A DNA stretch of 64,000 nt from Macrostomum lignano (taxonomy: Eukaryota), in contig NIVC01000376.1 in the NCBI GenBank assembly GCA_002269645.1, positions 124,001 to 188,000 on the forward strand. Direction: 5' to 3'. Made by a program: the position numbers and the translations under genes. Below are positions 37,092 through 50,800 of the stretch, one piece after another. The notes under the pieces were generated by a model that worked only from the letters and a program-made list of their open reading frames with translations, ran no database searches and had not been told where the DNA came from. Position 1 is the stretch's first letter. Every line of letters begins with the position of its first letter.

Positions 37092-37368
37092 TCAGATGCC
37101 GCACTGGAAGTCGCAGTACTTCATCCGCTCCCAGCACAGGTCGGCACAGCGCTGGCCTACTCGGTTGCTGCCGTCACCACAGGCGACTGGCGAAGCTTGG
37201 AGACAAGTCAGACGCTGGCGCTGGCAGCAGGTGTAGCAGCCCAGCTGGTCCATGGCCGACCGCCAGCAATCCACCTGCGGCGGCTGCTGATGCGGCCGCT
37301 GCTGCTGAGCCGGTGAGGCTTCAACTGAGGCCGCCAGGATAGCAGTCAGGGCGATAAGAATTGTCAGG
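37092..37368 (-). CDS. Last exon of a small secreted 10-cysteine peptide; first exon not located
   Basis: TTGCAG acceptor at 37369; open frame LTILIALTAILAASVEA-SPAQQQ...DCWRSAMDQLGCYTCCQRQRLTCLQASPVACGDGSNRVGQRCADLCWERMKYCDFQCGI*; GC-rich island in AT-rich flanks. Confidence 0.75.
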
Positions 37369-37483
37369 CTGCAAGCGGGTGGTCAGTGCTCTGATGTTAT
37401 TTTTATCGATTGATTGATTGATTGGTTGGTTGGTTGAATGAATGAATTAATTAATTAATTTTTTGTTGGTTGTTTCAATCGTT

Positions 37484-38215
<732 letters not shown>

Positions 38216-38682
38216 GATACTGGTAATTCAGTAGTCAGCAATACATCCTATTGGAATGCTGTCTCACTAATGACACATGTCGCAAATCAATAAATCATTC
38301 ATATCTCACTGCAGCTTTGAGAGTTAATGTCTGCTGAGGAGGCTAATCACCAATAACTCTAATGAGTGTTATTAAGAGCTTGAAAAATAAATGAGCCGCA
38401 GGCGCCGACACTGGGCGCCATCGAAACTTACTAATGTCCAGACATGCTGATGGAAATTTGTCTTGCTCAGCGAATACTTTTTTGTTTTTAAGGTTCGAAG
38501 GCTGGATGCAAAATTCTCTTGCATGCCTGCCGCCATTCTGGGGTAGAAGTATCTCAGTTGAGTTTCCTCCTTCGGTTCTTATTGGATGCTGCTTGAAGAG
38601 GGATATTTCTTTTTTGTGTACCAGCCAATGCCATGAGGGAAGTGGAATTGGAACCCCTGAATCCTCAATGAGGGCTGATGTT

Positions 38683-39775
38683 CTTCCTGAACCTTCAGTG
38701 AGAGTTGCTACTCCCTTTCCTGAACCTTCAGTGAGAGTTGCTACTCCCTTTCCTGAACCTTCAATGGGAGTTGCTACTCCCTTTCCTGAACCTTCAATGG
38801 GAGTTGCTACTCCCTTTCCTGAACCTTCAATGGGAGTTGCTACTCCCTTTCCTGAACCTTCAATGGGAGTTGCTACTCCCTTTCCTGAACCTTCAGTGAG
38901 AGTTGCTACTCCCTTTCCTGAACCTTCAATGGGAGTTGCTACTCCCTTTCCTGAACCTTCAGTGGGGGCTGCTACTTCCTTTCCTGAACCTTCAGTGAGG
39001 GCTGCTACTTCCTTTCCTGAACCTTCAGTGGGGGCAGTGGGGGCTGCTACTCCCTTTCCTGAACCTTCAATGGGAGTTGCTACTTCCTTTCCTGAACCTT
39101 CAGTGGGGGCTGCTACTTCCTTTCCTGAACCTTCAGTGGGGGCTGCTACTTCCTTTCCTGAACCTTCAGTGAGGGCTGCTACTTCCTTTCCTGAACCTTC
39201 AATGGGAGTTGCTACTCCCTTTCCTGAACCTTCAGTGAGAGTTGCTACTCCCTTTCCTGAACCTTCAGTGAGAGTTGCTACTCCCTTTCCTGAACCTTCA
39301 ATGGGAGTTGCTACTCCCTTTCCTGAACCTTCAGTGAGAGTTGCTACTCCCTTTCCTGAACCTTCAATGGGAGTTGCTACTCCCTTTCCTGAACCTTCAG
39401 GGAGAGTTGCTACTCCCTTTCCTGAACCTTCAATGGGAGTTGCTACTTCCTTTCCTGAACCTTCAGTGAGAGTTGCTACTCCCTTTCCTGAACCTTCAAT
39501 GGGAGTTGCTACTCCCTTTCCTGAACCTTCAATGGGAGTTGCTACTTCCTTTCCTGAACCTTCAGTGGGGGCTGCTACTTCCTTTCCTGAACCTTCAGTG
39601 GGGGCTGCTACTTCCTTTCCTGAACCTTCAGTGGGGGCTGCTACTTCCTTTCCTGAACCTTCAGTGGGGGCTGCTACTTCCTTTCCTGAACCTTCAATGG
39701 GAGTTGCTACTTCCTTTCCTGAACCTTCAGTGAGAGTTGCTACTCCCTTTCCTGAACCTTCAGTGGGGGCTGCTA
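38683..39775. repeat. 33-bp minisatellite (TTCCTGAACCTTCAGTGAGAGTTGCTACTCCCT variants)
   Basis: Direct; translates as PEPSVRVATPF repeats. Confidence 0.95.
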
Positions 39776-40302
39776 CCCTCCGAAACTTGCAGTTGGTGGT
39801 TATGCCAATTAATTATTAAAAAATTTCCTTTTTCAAAACCAGCCCAGTTTCAAAGGAAGATCCTTTCTATATTCGAAAACCGACAGAAAAGTGCAAAAAC
39901 AGAGAAGCTTGGGGGCCATTTGTTTTTCCGCTATAATTAAAATATTTATGACAAAATTTTAGTTAATTGAATTGCATTAAAGCTCTACCAGCTTTCGAGT
40001 ATTTCTCGTCTATTTTTTTAGACTCAGATGCCCCTTCAAAGAGCTGCTTCGCGGTGCTATTCATAATTCATCATTTTTCTCCGTTTCCAACCATCATTGA
40101 AGGCTCTCGAAGCAGGGCCCGAGAGAAGTTCGGGTTGGGAAAAAAGACTGCCTCTTTGAAAAACGTGACGTCACAACTGGATAAATATGGCTTAGAATGA
40201 TGACGTCACAGCACTGCCTTCCGATGTGGTAGCACCTATGGAGTATTTGCAATGAAAGGCACCACATCTTCAGACTCTAATGTCTGTTTGCCTGTCCGCG
40301 TG

Positions 40303-40635
<333 letters not shown>

Positions 40636-42189
40636 ACTAATTGAATTTGAAGCTTTGATTTATGGAAAGTAAGACGCAAGAATTAGGTCGCATGTGACAG
40701 TAGGAATTTTTGAGGAGCTAGAGCTTGTGAAAGCGACTCTCCTGATCAGAATCGTAATGGGATGGAAAAAAGAGAAGCATGGACGACTGAAGTGGAAGGA
40801 CGCTATGCATTCGATTTTCGTATAAATGAGCTGGAGGCCGCGTTAAAGAACGCATATCAAAATTGTCACAACGCTAGTGCATTTAGTATGCTGTGGAGAA
40901 TGTACAGCGCTGCAGAATTGGGCTTAGCCAGAGACAAATTCGAGTCGAGAAAATTCAGCGCTAAAAAATCCAATTCTCTCTCTCCGTTAGGCGCCCGAGG
41001 ATTTCTCATTAACGCTTGCAAAGCATGGGTATTACTATTATTGTGCCATAGACATTTGTGTCCTTAACAAAGTGGAACAAAATTAGTGGGCAGTTAATGA
41101 CATTAACTGCCCGCTAATTTGCATTAAAGTAAGTTTGAAATAGACCATCGGGCGTTAAATGTCATTAACTGCCCGCTAATTTGAATTAAAGTAAGTTTGA
41201 CTCCTGCAAGCGGGCTTAAATGTAGTCTATGGCATTAAAAGGCAAGAATAAGTGCCCAGCGGGTACAAAGGTCATGGTACAATGTATGTCTGTAAGTTTT
41301 TTAATTCGATCATGGGATTCATGGCTGTTTATGCCTGCCAATTCTTGTTCAAGTTGAACAAAATCGCTTAAAACTTTCAACACAGTAGCTAAGGCATACG
41401 AGTATAGTGACTTTTTGCGCAACATAACGCTTATTTAACTAAGTATAGTCCAGAAACAAAAGCCTTAAAAACGCGAACTTGGCACAGAAACAAAGCAGGC
41501 CTCCGTCAATAGAAAAAATGTTTCGAACTTCAATCTATATTTGGCTTAAAGCAGACTTTGGCGTTCGTGCGCCCTTATGGACGCGAAGCCTTTGGAGTCT
41601 GGACCAGTTTTGCTTTGTTGCCAGAGCTCGGCAAACCAAGCTCCTTTAGTTTCCCTCGCAGTGGTGGCACAGTTGTGGGGACGGAATCGGCTGACTGGCT
41701 ACGGGTGCGGTTCATGACTCAGCAAAATGTTTATTCTAAGTCAAAGAAATTTCACTGCGAGAAGGCAAAGTGATCCGCCAGTAGAGCGCGACGGGGGTTA
41801 AAAACACACCCCCTGCCACCCAAAGGGGGGGGGTTTGCGACGATGTACAAATCAACGCGCTGGGCACTAATGTGCGGTTTATACTTAATTTAACTAAGTA
41901 TAGCGTACAACGACTCTTATACTTCTCAAGCTCTAGCTGTCACGCGTTTTAAATCAAAAGTCGCGTGTCTTTTTCTTAGCACGTTCTCTTACTTAATCTT
42001 TAATGTTCGAGTCGCACGCTGTTTAGGTAGTCAGCCCAACCCGGCCCCTGGAGAATGCAACTGGCAAATTCTATATAGCCACCTCCAAAAACCTATAGAC
42101 CCACCCAGTTGAAAACAATTGCCAATAAGTTAAACTCAACTATTTGGACTATCTCTAATTAATATAATAAATCGAATACCTGCATAAGC

Positions 42190-43689
42190 ATGAACGAATT
42201 CCTGCAAAATCAGCTCACATCGCGCAATGCTTTGATTGGAGCGGGTGCTCTGGCTGCGGCCTACACGTTGCGGTCTCTGTACCGCTCCTCGCAGCTGCCG
42301 CCCGGGCCGCTGGGCCTTCCGCTCCTCGGCCGACTGCCCTGGCTGGACACAGACCACTTCAACGAGAGCGAGGAGGCAATGCGCCAGAAGTATGGACCGA
42401 TTTACTCGTTCCGGGCCGGACAGAGGCTGATGATTGTGGTGTCCTCCTACGAGATGCTGAAGGAGATGCTGAAGGACGACATGTTCTCGGGTAGGTTGTG
42501 GCCGCCACAAGCCGCCGAGCTGTCAGATGGTTGCGGCATCATCTTTAGCGAAGGTAAAACCTGGAGCGAGCAGCGTCGAGTTGGACTGCGCATGCTGCGC
42601 GAGTTTGGTTTCGGTAAGAATGAGTCGCTTGCGTTGATTAACGAGGAGGTCGCAGCCATCCTGGCTTCCATTGAGAGCTGCAACAGCGAGGTGGATTCAT
42701 CCCGCCTGTTTAGCGATCTGGCTAATGGCGTGATTGCTATGCTGGTGTTCGGTAAGCGCTATGCGAACGAAAACCCAAATTATGAGAGCTTCCTGATCAA
42801 TGCTAAAAGATTGCTGAACGACAGTCTGGCGAGCAGTCTTACTCTGCTATTTCCGACCTTTGCTCCGCTGCTAAAGAGGCTGTCCATCACACAGCAGGCT
42901 TCAACAGCTACGCTGGCAATGCATCAATTCTTCCAGGAAGAGATCAAGAAAAAGGAGGCCGAGCTTACTGACCCGAACGCTGAGCCACTCTGCATATGTG
43001 ACGCCTACATTCAAGAAAGACGTCGGTATGAAGCCAAAGGAGACTTCTACACCCACAGGCCGTTCCATCTGGTGCGCATCTGCATGGAGATGTTCATCGC
43101 CGGCACCGACACCACCTCGAAGTCGATGGAGTGGCTGTTGGCTCACATGTGCCTGTACCCGCAAGTGCAGGCGAAGGTGCAGCAGGAATTGGACGAAGTC
43201 GTGGGACGCGAGCGTCGACCTCAGATCAACGACAGGCCACAGCTGCACTACATGCAGGCAGTTATTGATGAGAGCTTGAGATACGCCTCGCTTGCATTCA
43301 ATAGTCTGACGCATCGAGCAATGAAAGATACAACGTTCCGCGGCTACAGAATACCTGCGGATGCTATAATAGTTCCATTTGTATACGGCGCTCATCGCGA
43401 CGCCTCAATCTGGGAGAAACCGGATCAGTTTTATCCTGAGCATTTCCTTGACTGCGAAGGCAAGTACTCGCCATCAAAATATTTGATCCCATTTTCGATC
43501 GGCCGAAGGATTTGTCCAGGTGAATCTTTGGCTAGACTGGAGATCTACATGGCATTCGCAGCCATCATGCAGAAGTACAGTGTGACACTTGCAGCCTCTT
43601 GCAAAGATAAAGCTGCTGACGTTGAGCGCGGATTGACTACGACACCAAGGCAACCAGGCTGGCACAAGCTGCACTTTGTAAAGCGATGA
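42190..43689 (+). CDS. Cytochrome P450, clan-2-like, intronless (499 aa)
   Basis: N-terminal anchor, PPGPLGLP hinge, WSEQRR C-helix, AGTDTT I-helix, ESLR (ExxR), PEHF, FSIGRRICPG heme motif. Confidence 0.97.
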   Translation: MNEFLQNQLTSRNALIGAGALAAAYTLRSLYRSSQLPPGPLGLPLLGRLPWLDTDHFNESEEAMRQKYGPIYSFRAGQRLMIVVSSYEMLKEMLKDDMFSGRLWPPQAAELSDGCGIIFSEGKTWSEQRRVGLRMLREFGFGKNESLALINEEVAAILASIESCNSEVDSSRLFSDLANGVIAMLVFGKRYANENPNYESFLINAKRLLNDSLASSLTLLFPTFAPLLKRLSITQQASTATLAMHQFFQEEIKKKEAELTDPNAEPLCICDAYIQERRRYEAKGDFYTHRPFHLVRICMEMFIAGTDTTSKSMEWLLAHMCLYPQVQAKVQQELDEVVGRERRPQINDRPQLHYMQAVIDESLRYASLAFNSLTHRAMKDTTFRGYRIPADAIIVPFVYGAHRDASIWEKPDQFYPEHFLDCEGKYSPSKYLIPFSIGRRICPGESLARLEIYMAFAAIMQKYSVTLAASCKDKAADVERGLTTTPRQPGWHKLHFVKR

Positions 43690-43819
43690 AGTCTTTCCGT
43701 ACTGACTGCGCGGTTTTTATATTAATACAAATTTATTTCTTATTAAGACATTAAAACAAATTATCAATTTTTTTGACTACATGTACGTTTGATTTATACT
43801 TTTCGTAGTGAACTTTCAT

Positions 43820-44300
43820 GTCCATGTGGTAGGCAAGGCCTCCCGCTGTTCCCACCGGACGAAAATTGCTTTTACAAGTTACACTATACCCGCATGACGT
43901 CATTTCCCTGCGTGGAAATCCCTATTTTACCCCTTATATTTCGGGTGCTCATCCGCTGTAATTTTCGTTTTACTGTTGATTTGAATGGGGTTACACCCCA
44001 GTGTTTAGTCGTTACCACCCGGTGTACCCAGTGTTTCCATTACGTAAAACTCTCTTTCCACCCGGTGGGGTAACCCTTTTCCTCCCGGTGGCTCATGAGA
44101 GCTCTATAAAAGTCTGCTGAGCACCCCCTTTCCCGCGGCCAGACTCGAATTAAAATATACCAACCGTCCGTGCCTGGAATTGGAATATACCCCGTCAGTG
44201 ACTCGGGAGGAATAATGACTCGCCAGTAACTCCCAAATTCCAATATTCGAGGACCCTAAGTGTAAGCCCAGTTATCCCTGACCCGACCAGCTCCTCATTC
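43820..44300 (+). mobile_element. Possible solo LTR or other repeat fragment
   Basis: GC-richer island with CTATAAAAG and an ATTAAA-like signal; no TSD could be confirmed. Confidence 0.3.
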
Positions 44301-44959
44301 TAATAATTTAGCTGTTTAATTTTGCATTACTTCTAGTGTGCTTAAAAAAGACCGATTTAGAATTTTCGAACGCGCATTTCCATTAAGCGCGGTACATTAT
44401 TTTAATCCGTAATTGAGACTTCGAGACCTTTGAAAGCATTAATAGATCTAATCAACAAGAGGAGTTCTTAGGCTAATTCAAGCAAATTAAGTCTTAAAGC
44501 TTTTCTCCGCGAATTACCGCGGTGGTGGCAGCAAACTACTAGTTTTAGTACGAGCTACTACGATACATCAAGAATTTAGTTATTTTATTAAGTTCTCCGT
44601 AGCGGCTAAATCTGCATTTGGCATTCTGAGTGACGGCATCAACTGGCTAGACTGAACTAGCAGTGGCATCTTTTGCATATTGAATATGGCTATAGTAAGA
44701 CTTTCTATTTTTATATATTGATTGAAAAAGTATTCAATTTTGAATCGCCGCAACAGAACAATTTGATTTAGGCCTACTGATAATATAATATGTTCATGAA
44801 AATATCAACAACAACAACAACAAACTACAGCAACCCTCTGGGCAAGGCAAGTTAGGTTGCTGTTAAAAGGCGCGCGCAAGCGTAGATTTGCACAGAACAG
44901 CGAGTCCGCGAGGGCCAGAGATTTCAGCGTCTCTTAGAAGCAGGTCGACAAAACGCAGA

Positions 44960-46400
44960 CTTCTCGCCTAACCAAGCCGCCGCGGTCCTTGAAGGGATAG
45001 CAGCGGCACGTCCTGAAGCGGCTCATTGCAGTACTGCTCTTGCCCGGATGACGTGGCCGGCCAGCTGTAGGCACTGGATGCGCAGCAGCTGGCTGGGTCG
45101 GGAGAGCTGGGCCCGTCGGTAAAGCTCGTCATCACTGGTGTTGGTGGTGGCGGTCGGCGAGTAGTGGACACCGAAGGCGGCTCTCAGGAGTCCAGCGTGA
45201 GCGGCGTCGAGTTGCCGCTCCTGCGGGCCGGTCAGTGTTCACGTTTAAGCATAGTAAAGGAGGACGGTTTCTATGACGGCCTGGGACAGCCGCCCTCTCA
45301 GCCGATGCGGCAGCGCGGGCCTTTGCAGGACAGTCCGCACGGTGCGGAATGCGCCCCAGGCAAGCGCCCTGCGCCGTGCCATGTCGTCCGTGATGCTTGG
45401 CACCAGACCGCCGAGGTAGACGAACTCTTTGCAGCGGGGCAGCAACGCCACCTGCCCGTTCGTGCAGCGGCAGTAGACCTCAGCTGGGAGGTCTGTCGGC
45501 ACGGTAAGCACCATTGTCTTTTTGGTATTCACGGACAGTAGTCCGATCGCAGGGGCCGCCGCCGTCAGCTGGTCTAGCAGGCGTTCAGCTCCTTCAGCGC
45601 TAGGTCGTCCGCGTAGGTTAGGACGGAGAGTCGCTTCTCGGGGTGTCGCCTGCTTGTTCTGCGGCAGAGCAAGAATCCTTTGGAGTCGTCAGGGAGGCCA
45701 GTGCGCAGTACCCAGTCCAGGAACAGGACGAACAGAAAAGGAGCCAAGTTTTCCCCTTCGAGAACGCCGGAGGACTTGTCGAAAAAGTCGGAAAGGCCAT
45801 CCGGTGTCACAACTGCCGCCCTAGTCTCCTGGTACAGAGCTAACACAGCCGTCACCAGCTGCTCAGGTACATGATACGCGCGCAGGATGTTCGCGATGAC
45901 CCGCCTCGACACCGAGTCAAAGACCCTTAATTAGGAAGTCTACGAAAATGCAGATGATGGTCGACTGGTGGATGCGGGCCTCTTCTAGAATTCGACGTAG
46001 ATCGAGAATTTGAGTCACGGTGCCTCTGCCTCGCCGGAATCCATTTTGCTCGCGCCGGAGGAACGGGTCCAGCACTGGCTGCAGCCGCGACAGCAGAACT
46101 CTGTTAAACAGCTTAGCCGTGCAGGACATTAGTGAAATCCCGCGAAGTTTTTCGATCTTGACGGAACCTGGTTGGGATCCCGACGAAATGCGCAGTCCGC
46201 CACTCAGCAGGGGCGGGGCCCCAGCTAGCACGCAGTCATCACTCGCCTGACTTCCAGCGCCACCTGCGGGAGGAGCAGCACCTCGACAGGCACGTCGTCG
46301 GGTCCAGTAGCCTTGTTGCCTGACGTCTTCTTTGCAAGTTGGAGCACCTCGTCGATGGTGATGGGGCTGATGTTAGGGAGCTCTCCTCCGGCAGCTTAAC
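44960..46400 (-). mobile_element. Decayed RTE-like LINE reverse transcriptase
   Basis: RGISLMSCTAKLFN, QNGFRRGRGT, FVDF, GVLEGENLAPFLF, YADDLAL, NTKKT and FVYLG across several frames; boundaries approximate. Confidence 0.9.
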
Positions 46401-47800
46401 CTAAACAGAAGAAGGTCCGCAGCTCGTTTCGCCGAGGCGGCGGCGCCTGCAATAAATAGAGTCTTCGATCGCAGTAAGAAACCGTCTAATTTTTTTTTTA
46501 ATATTCGAAGTTAAGATTAAGTCTTTAAGATGCTGCATTGTATTGTATTATAAGTTATATTTTCTTTCAAATAAAAAATGTTGTGCAGCGACACTGCATT
46601 ACACCTGACTGACACTCAAGATTTATAATGATGCCACTTTACCAACCGTACGTTCATGGTAGCGTTCTTAGCTAATAACCTTGGCCTGAGCGGTTTTACT
46701 GGTATATGTACTATTCGCCAGTCCGGGCGTTACCAAGATTTAGAGGGTCACGGCGCTTGCTTTTAGCATTTACTTCTAATGCATATACTCCTCGAGTGTC
46801 TCTTATGAACACTTCTTAGAATCTCTTACTGTAAAATGACTACTCTAAGAATGGCTTTCAGTGAACAAGTTTCTAAGCTTTTTGCTTGAGAGCAAACAAG
46901 TTTTTCTTTTTTCTAAAACTTCGCTCCTAATTTATACTAGTTTTTGGGTATATTTGTAACAAATTTTAAAAACTGAGAAAATTTCGTACATTATAACAAA
47001 AATATTATATCTTGCGAAAATTTAAAAGTAGGCTTTCCTAGAAACATAAATAGCGCTTCTATAAAATTGCACCTTGAAATTGGGCAGTGGGTGAAATTTT
47101 GCACCTGGTCTTTGGCGAAAAATAAAACCCAGTTAAAGGCATATTAAATTAATCTGAAAAGCATGCCTCATTATGGGAAAAATGCACAAATCAGCACAAT
47201 CATTTGGGAAGATTTTGTACTAGAATATATTATCCAGGGCCATAGTCTATACCTAACATATTCTACTTACAATGAAAATGTCTTATGGAACTATCTAAGC
47301 CTCTCAAAAAGCCATAAAACTAGGTGTAGATATTTTCTCTCTTTAACAAACAATTGCCATACCACACTTCATTATCATTTCCTTCTTTTTTGTTACATGT
47401 AGGTATAATGGGTCTATTTGAAAGTGTAGCTATTGCCATTGGCCAGTTATAAAATATGGCTTATTCTCTAACTGGGGTTAAAAGCTATATGTACATAGAA
47501 TTATCAAGCTATATGTACATAGAACTATCAAGCCTTAATTTGCTTTGCTATACCCAAAAACCTTTATATCATAGACAAAGTTATTATCCCATTGTGGCAT
47601 TAAAACTAGAACTATTTTATGTACCCACTATACTAGCCAAAAGTAAAAAAACACAATAAAATTATTGAAAATCAAAATAGAAAGTTTTGCTATAATTTTA
47701 ATTAAAAATAATAACATTGATATAAAATTTGTTAACTTATGCTTTTTTGCTTTATTTCAGATTTTTCTCTAATAACCTAATAAATACATTTAAGATCTAT

Positions 47801-50800
47801 ATGAGCCACCCAAAACTGGGCATTGGACTAGGAGCTACTGCTGATGATACTGACTCTGAGGAGGAACTGCCTGCTGGTTGGGAGGTTCGAGCCTCGCTTG
47901 ATGGACAAGTTTATTATTTAAAGTAAGTTTTAGAACGTTATAAATTATGTATTGCAACATAGCATTTTTTATAATAAGCCTGCCTTAGTATATCAGCAAT
48001 TCCCCCATAAGCCTTGACATATCAGCAATTCCCCCCAAAAGCCCTGACACATCAGCAATTCCCCCCAAAAGCCTTGACATAAATTAGCAATTCCCTCCAA
48101 ATCCTTGACATCTCAGCAATTCCCCCATAAGCCTTGAAATATCAGCAATTCCCCCCAAAAGCCTTGACATCTCAGCAATTCCCCCATAAGCCTTGACATA
48201 TCAGCAATTCCCCCCAAAAGCCCTGACATATCAGCAATTCCCCCTAAAGCCCTGACAAATCAGCAATTCCCCCCAAAAGCCTTGACATATCAGCAATGCC
48301 CCCCAAAAGCCCTGACATATCAGCAATTCCCCCCAAAAGCCTTGACATCTCAGCAATTCCCCCATAAGCCTTGACATCTCAGCAATTCCCCCATAAGCCT
48401 TGACATATCAGCAATTCCCCCCAAAAGCCTTGACATCTCAGCAATTCCCCTATAAGCCTTGACATCTCAGCAATTCCCCCATAAGCCTTGACATATCAGC
48501 AATTCCCCCCAAAAGCCCTGACATCTCAGCAATTCCCCCAAAAGCCTTGACATCTCAGCAATTCCCCCATAAGCCTTGACATATCAGCAATTCCCCCCAA
48601 AAGCCTTGACATCTCATCAATTCCCCCCAAAAGCCTTGACATATTAGCAATTCCCCCCAAAAGCCCTGACATATCAGCAATTCCCCCATAAGCCTTGACA
48701 TATCAGCAATTCCCCCCAAAAGCCTTGACATATCAGCAATTCCCTCCGAAAGCCTTGACATATCAGCAATTCCCCCCAAAAGCCTTGACATATCAGCAAT
48801 TCCCTCCGAAAGCCTTGACATATCAGCAATTCCCTCCGAAAGCCTTGACATATCAGCAGATATTTTAATTTCTGAAAATTTCTCTCGTTTAACTTAAAAA
48901 TCTGTTAAATAGTAGTGGCACATGCATTTTATTCAGCATTGGTTTGAATGCCAACAACTAATAATAAATTTCTTATCAATTGCTCAACTAGCAGCTGGCA
49001 CAGTAATGAATCTTATCTAATTGAATTTAATGCAGCCACCAGGCCAAGAGCTCGCACTGGGAGCACCCAATTACTGGCAAGCGAAGCTTTATTAAGCCCG
49101 ACCTGCCACCTGGCTGGGAGATGACAGCCACTGACTACGGCAACCTACTTTTCTTTGAGTGAGTCTTTCCATATATCTGTTTGTTTTTTGTTGCATTTAC
49201 AGCAAAGTAAATTTTAATTAAAACAGCATGTATTGCTTTTGGAGATCTGACTGATTGGTTTTAGGAGAATCCCCCTCCCCTAGACACTTACCTGTTTTAG
49301 GAAAATCGTTCTTAAAGATCGTATCATCTACCCTTTTTCGTAAATTTGTCCTGCAGATCTGCCCGTTTTCGGAAAATCGCCCTTAGAGATCTGCCCGTTT
49401 TCGGAAAATCGCCCTTAGAGATCTCCCCGTTTTCGGAAAATCGCCCTTAGAGATCTGCCCGTTTTCGGAAAATCGCCCTTAGAGATCTCCCCGTTTTCGG
49501 AAAATCGCCCTTAGAGATCTGCCCGTTTTCGGAAAATCGCCCTTAGAGATCTGCCCGTTTTCGGAAAATCGCCCTTAGAGATCTGCCCGTTTTCGGAAAA
49601 TCGCCCTTAGAGATCTGCCCGTTTTCGGAAAATCGCCCTTAGAGATCTGCCCGTTTTCGGAAAATCGCCCTTAGAGATCTACCCGTTTTCTAAAAATGAC
49701 TGAAAATCTATTGTATCTTGTCTCGGAATTGCCTTCAACATTAGAACATTGATAACTTAATAAGAAATCGAGTTCAGGACCTCTCTTGGACAGAAAAAAC
49801 CAGCAATTCAGTAGCTTTTAAATCATAATAATCTACTCATTGAAGTATTATATCAATGTATCTATATTCTCGATTATTACATCTTAAAGATTTTAGACTA
49901 AACCTCGGCAAATTCTAATCTTAAAACGAAATGTCAGCCTCTGCAATCATTGATTCAATTATTGGACTCGTCCTGTTCGCCTACAGAATGCTGATTGTGC
50001 GGCCAATTCGCCTGATTGTTAAGTAAGATATCAGATATTACTAGTAGTAGCTGCTCTGACTGCTCTATTTTAATTGTAGAGCCTCTTCACAAAACAATGT
50101 TATTCTGAGTTTCTTAGGATCAGAGTTTTTGATCCTGATTCCCCGGTATTTTAAAAGGGATGTTGATCTTAATTCCCCGGTCATTTAGGAGGGAATGTTG
50201 ATCTTAATTCCCCGGTCATTTAGGAGGGAATGTTGATTTTAATTCCCCGATCATTTAGGAGGGAATGTTGATCTTAATTCCCCGGTCCTTTAGGATGCAT
50301 TGTTGATCTTAATTCCCCGGTCGTTTAGGAGGGAATGTTGATTTTAATTCCCCGATCATTTAGGAGGGAATGTTGATCTTAATTCCCCGGTCCTTTAGGA
50401 GGGAATGTTTCTCTTAACTCTCGTACTTTCAAATCTCTGTAGCTCTTAATTCTCATTGCTCTTTAGGATTTCTTAATAATCTGTTTAATTAGCGTCGGCT
50501 CTACAATAGTGTATATTGTATTGTAATACAATAATAGTGTATTGTAATACAATAGTGTATTCGCCCCAATTTCTGCAGTCGAGTTCGCGGCCTGCAGTCG
50601 CACACTGATCCCAGGCTAGCATTCAGCAAGGCCGAGCACTCCCGCACCACCTGGCGCCAGCAGTTTGACAGTCACTCCACCGCTCTGCAGGTGCTGGCTA
50701 ATCACGACCTGACTGGTCGGGTTGCTATGGTTACTGGAGCCAGCTCCGGTATTGGTTTTGAGACCGCCAGAGCCATTGCAATTCGCGGCGCTAAAGTTAT

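Noticed and set aside
41432-41903. 16-bp direct repeat ATTTAACTAAGTATAG and a nearby 45-bp duplication (41094-41200)
   Set aside because: No TIR, TSD or coding signal to define an element
43820-44300. Firm solo-LTR call
   Set aside because: TG...CA ends with matching TSD could not be established; kept only as a low-confidence feature
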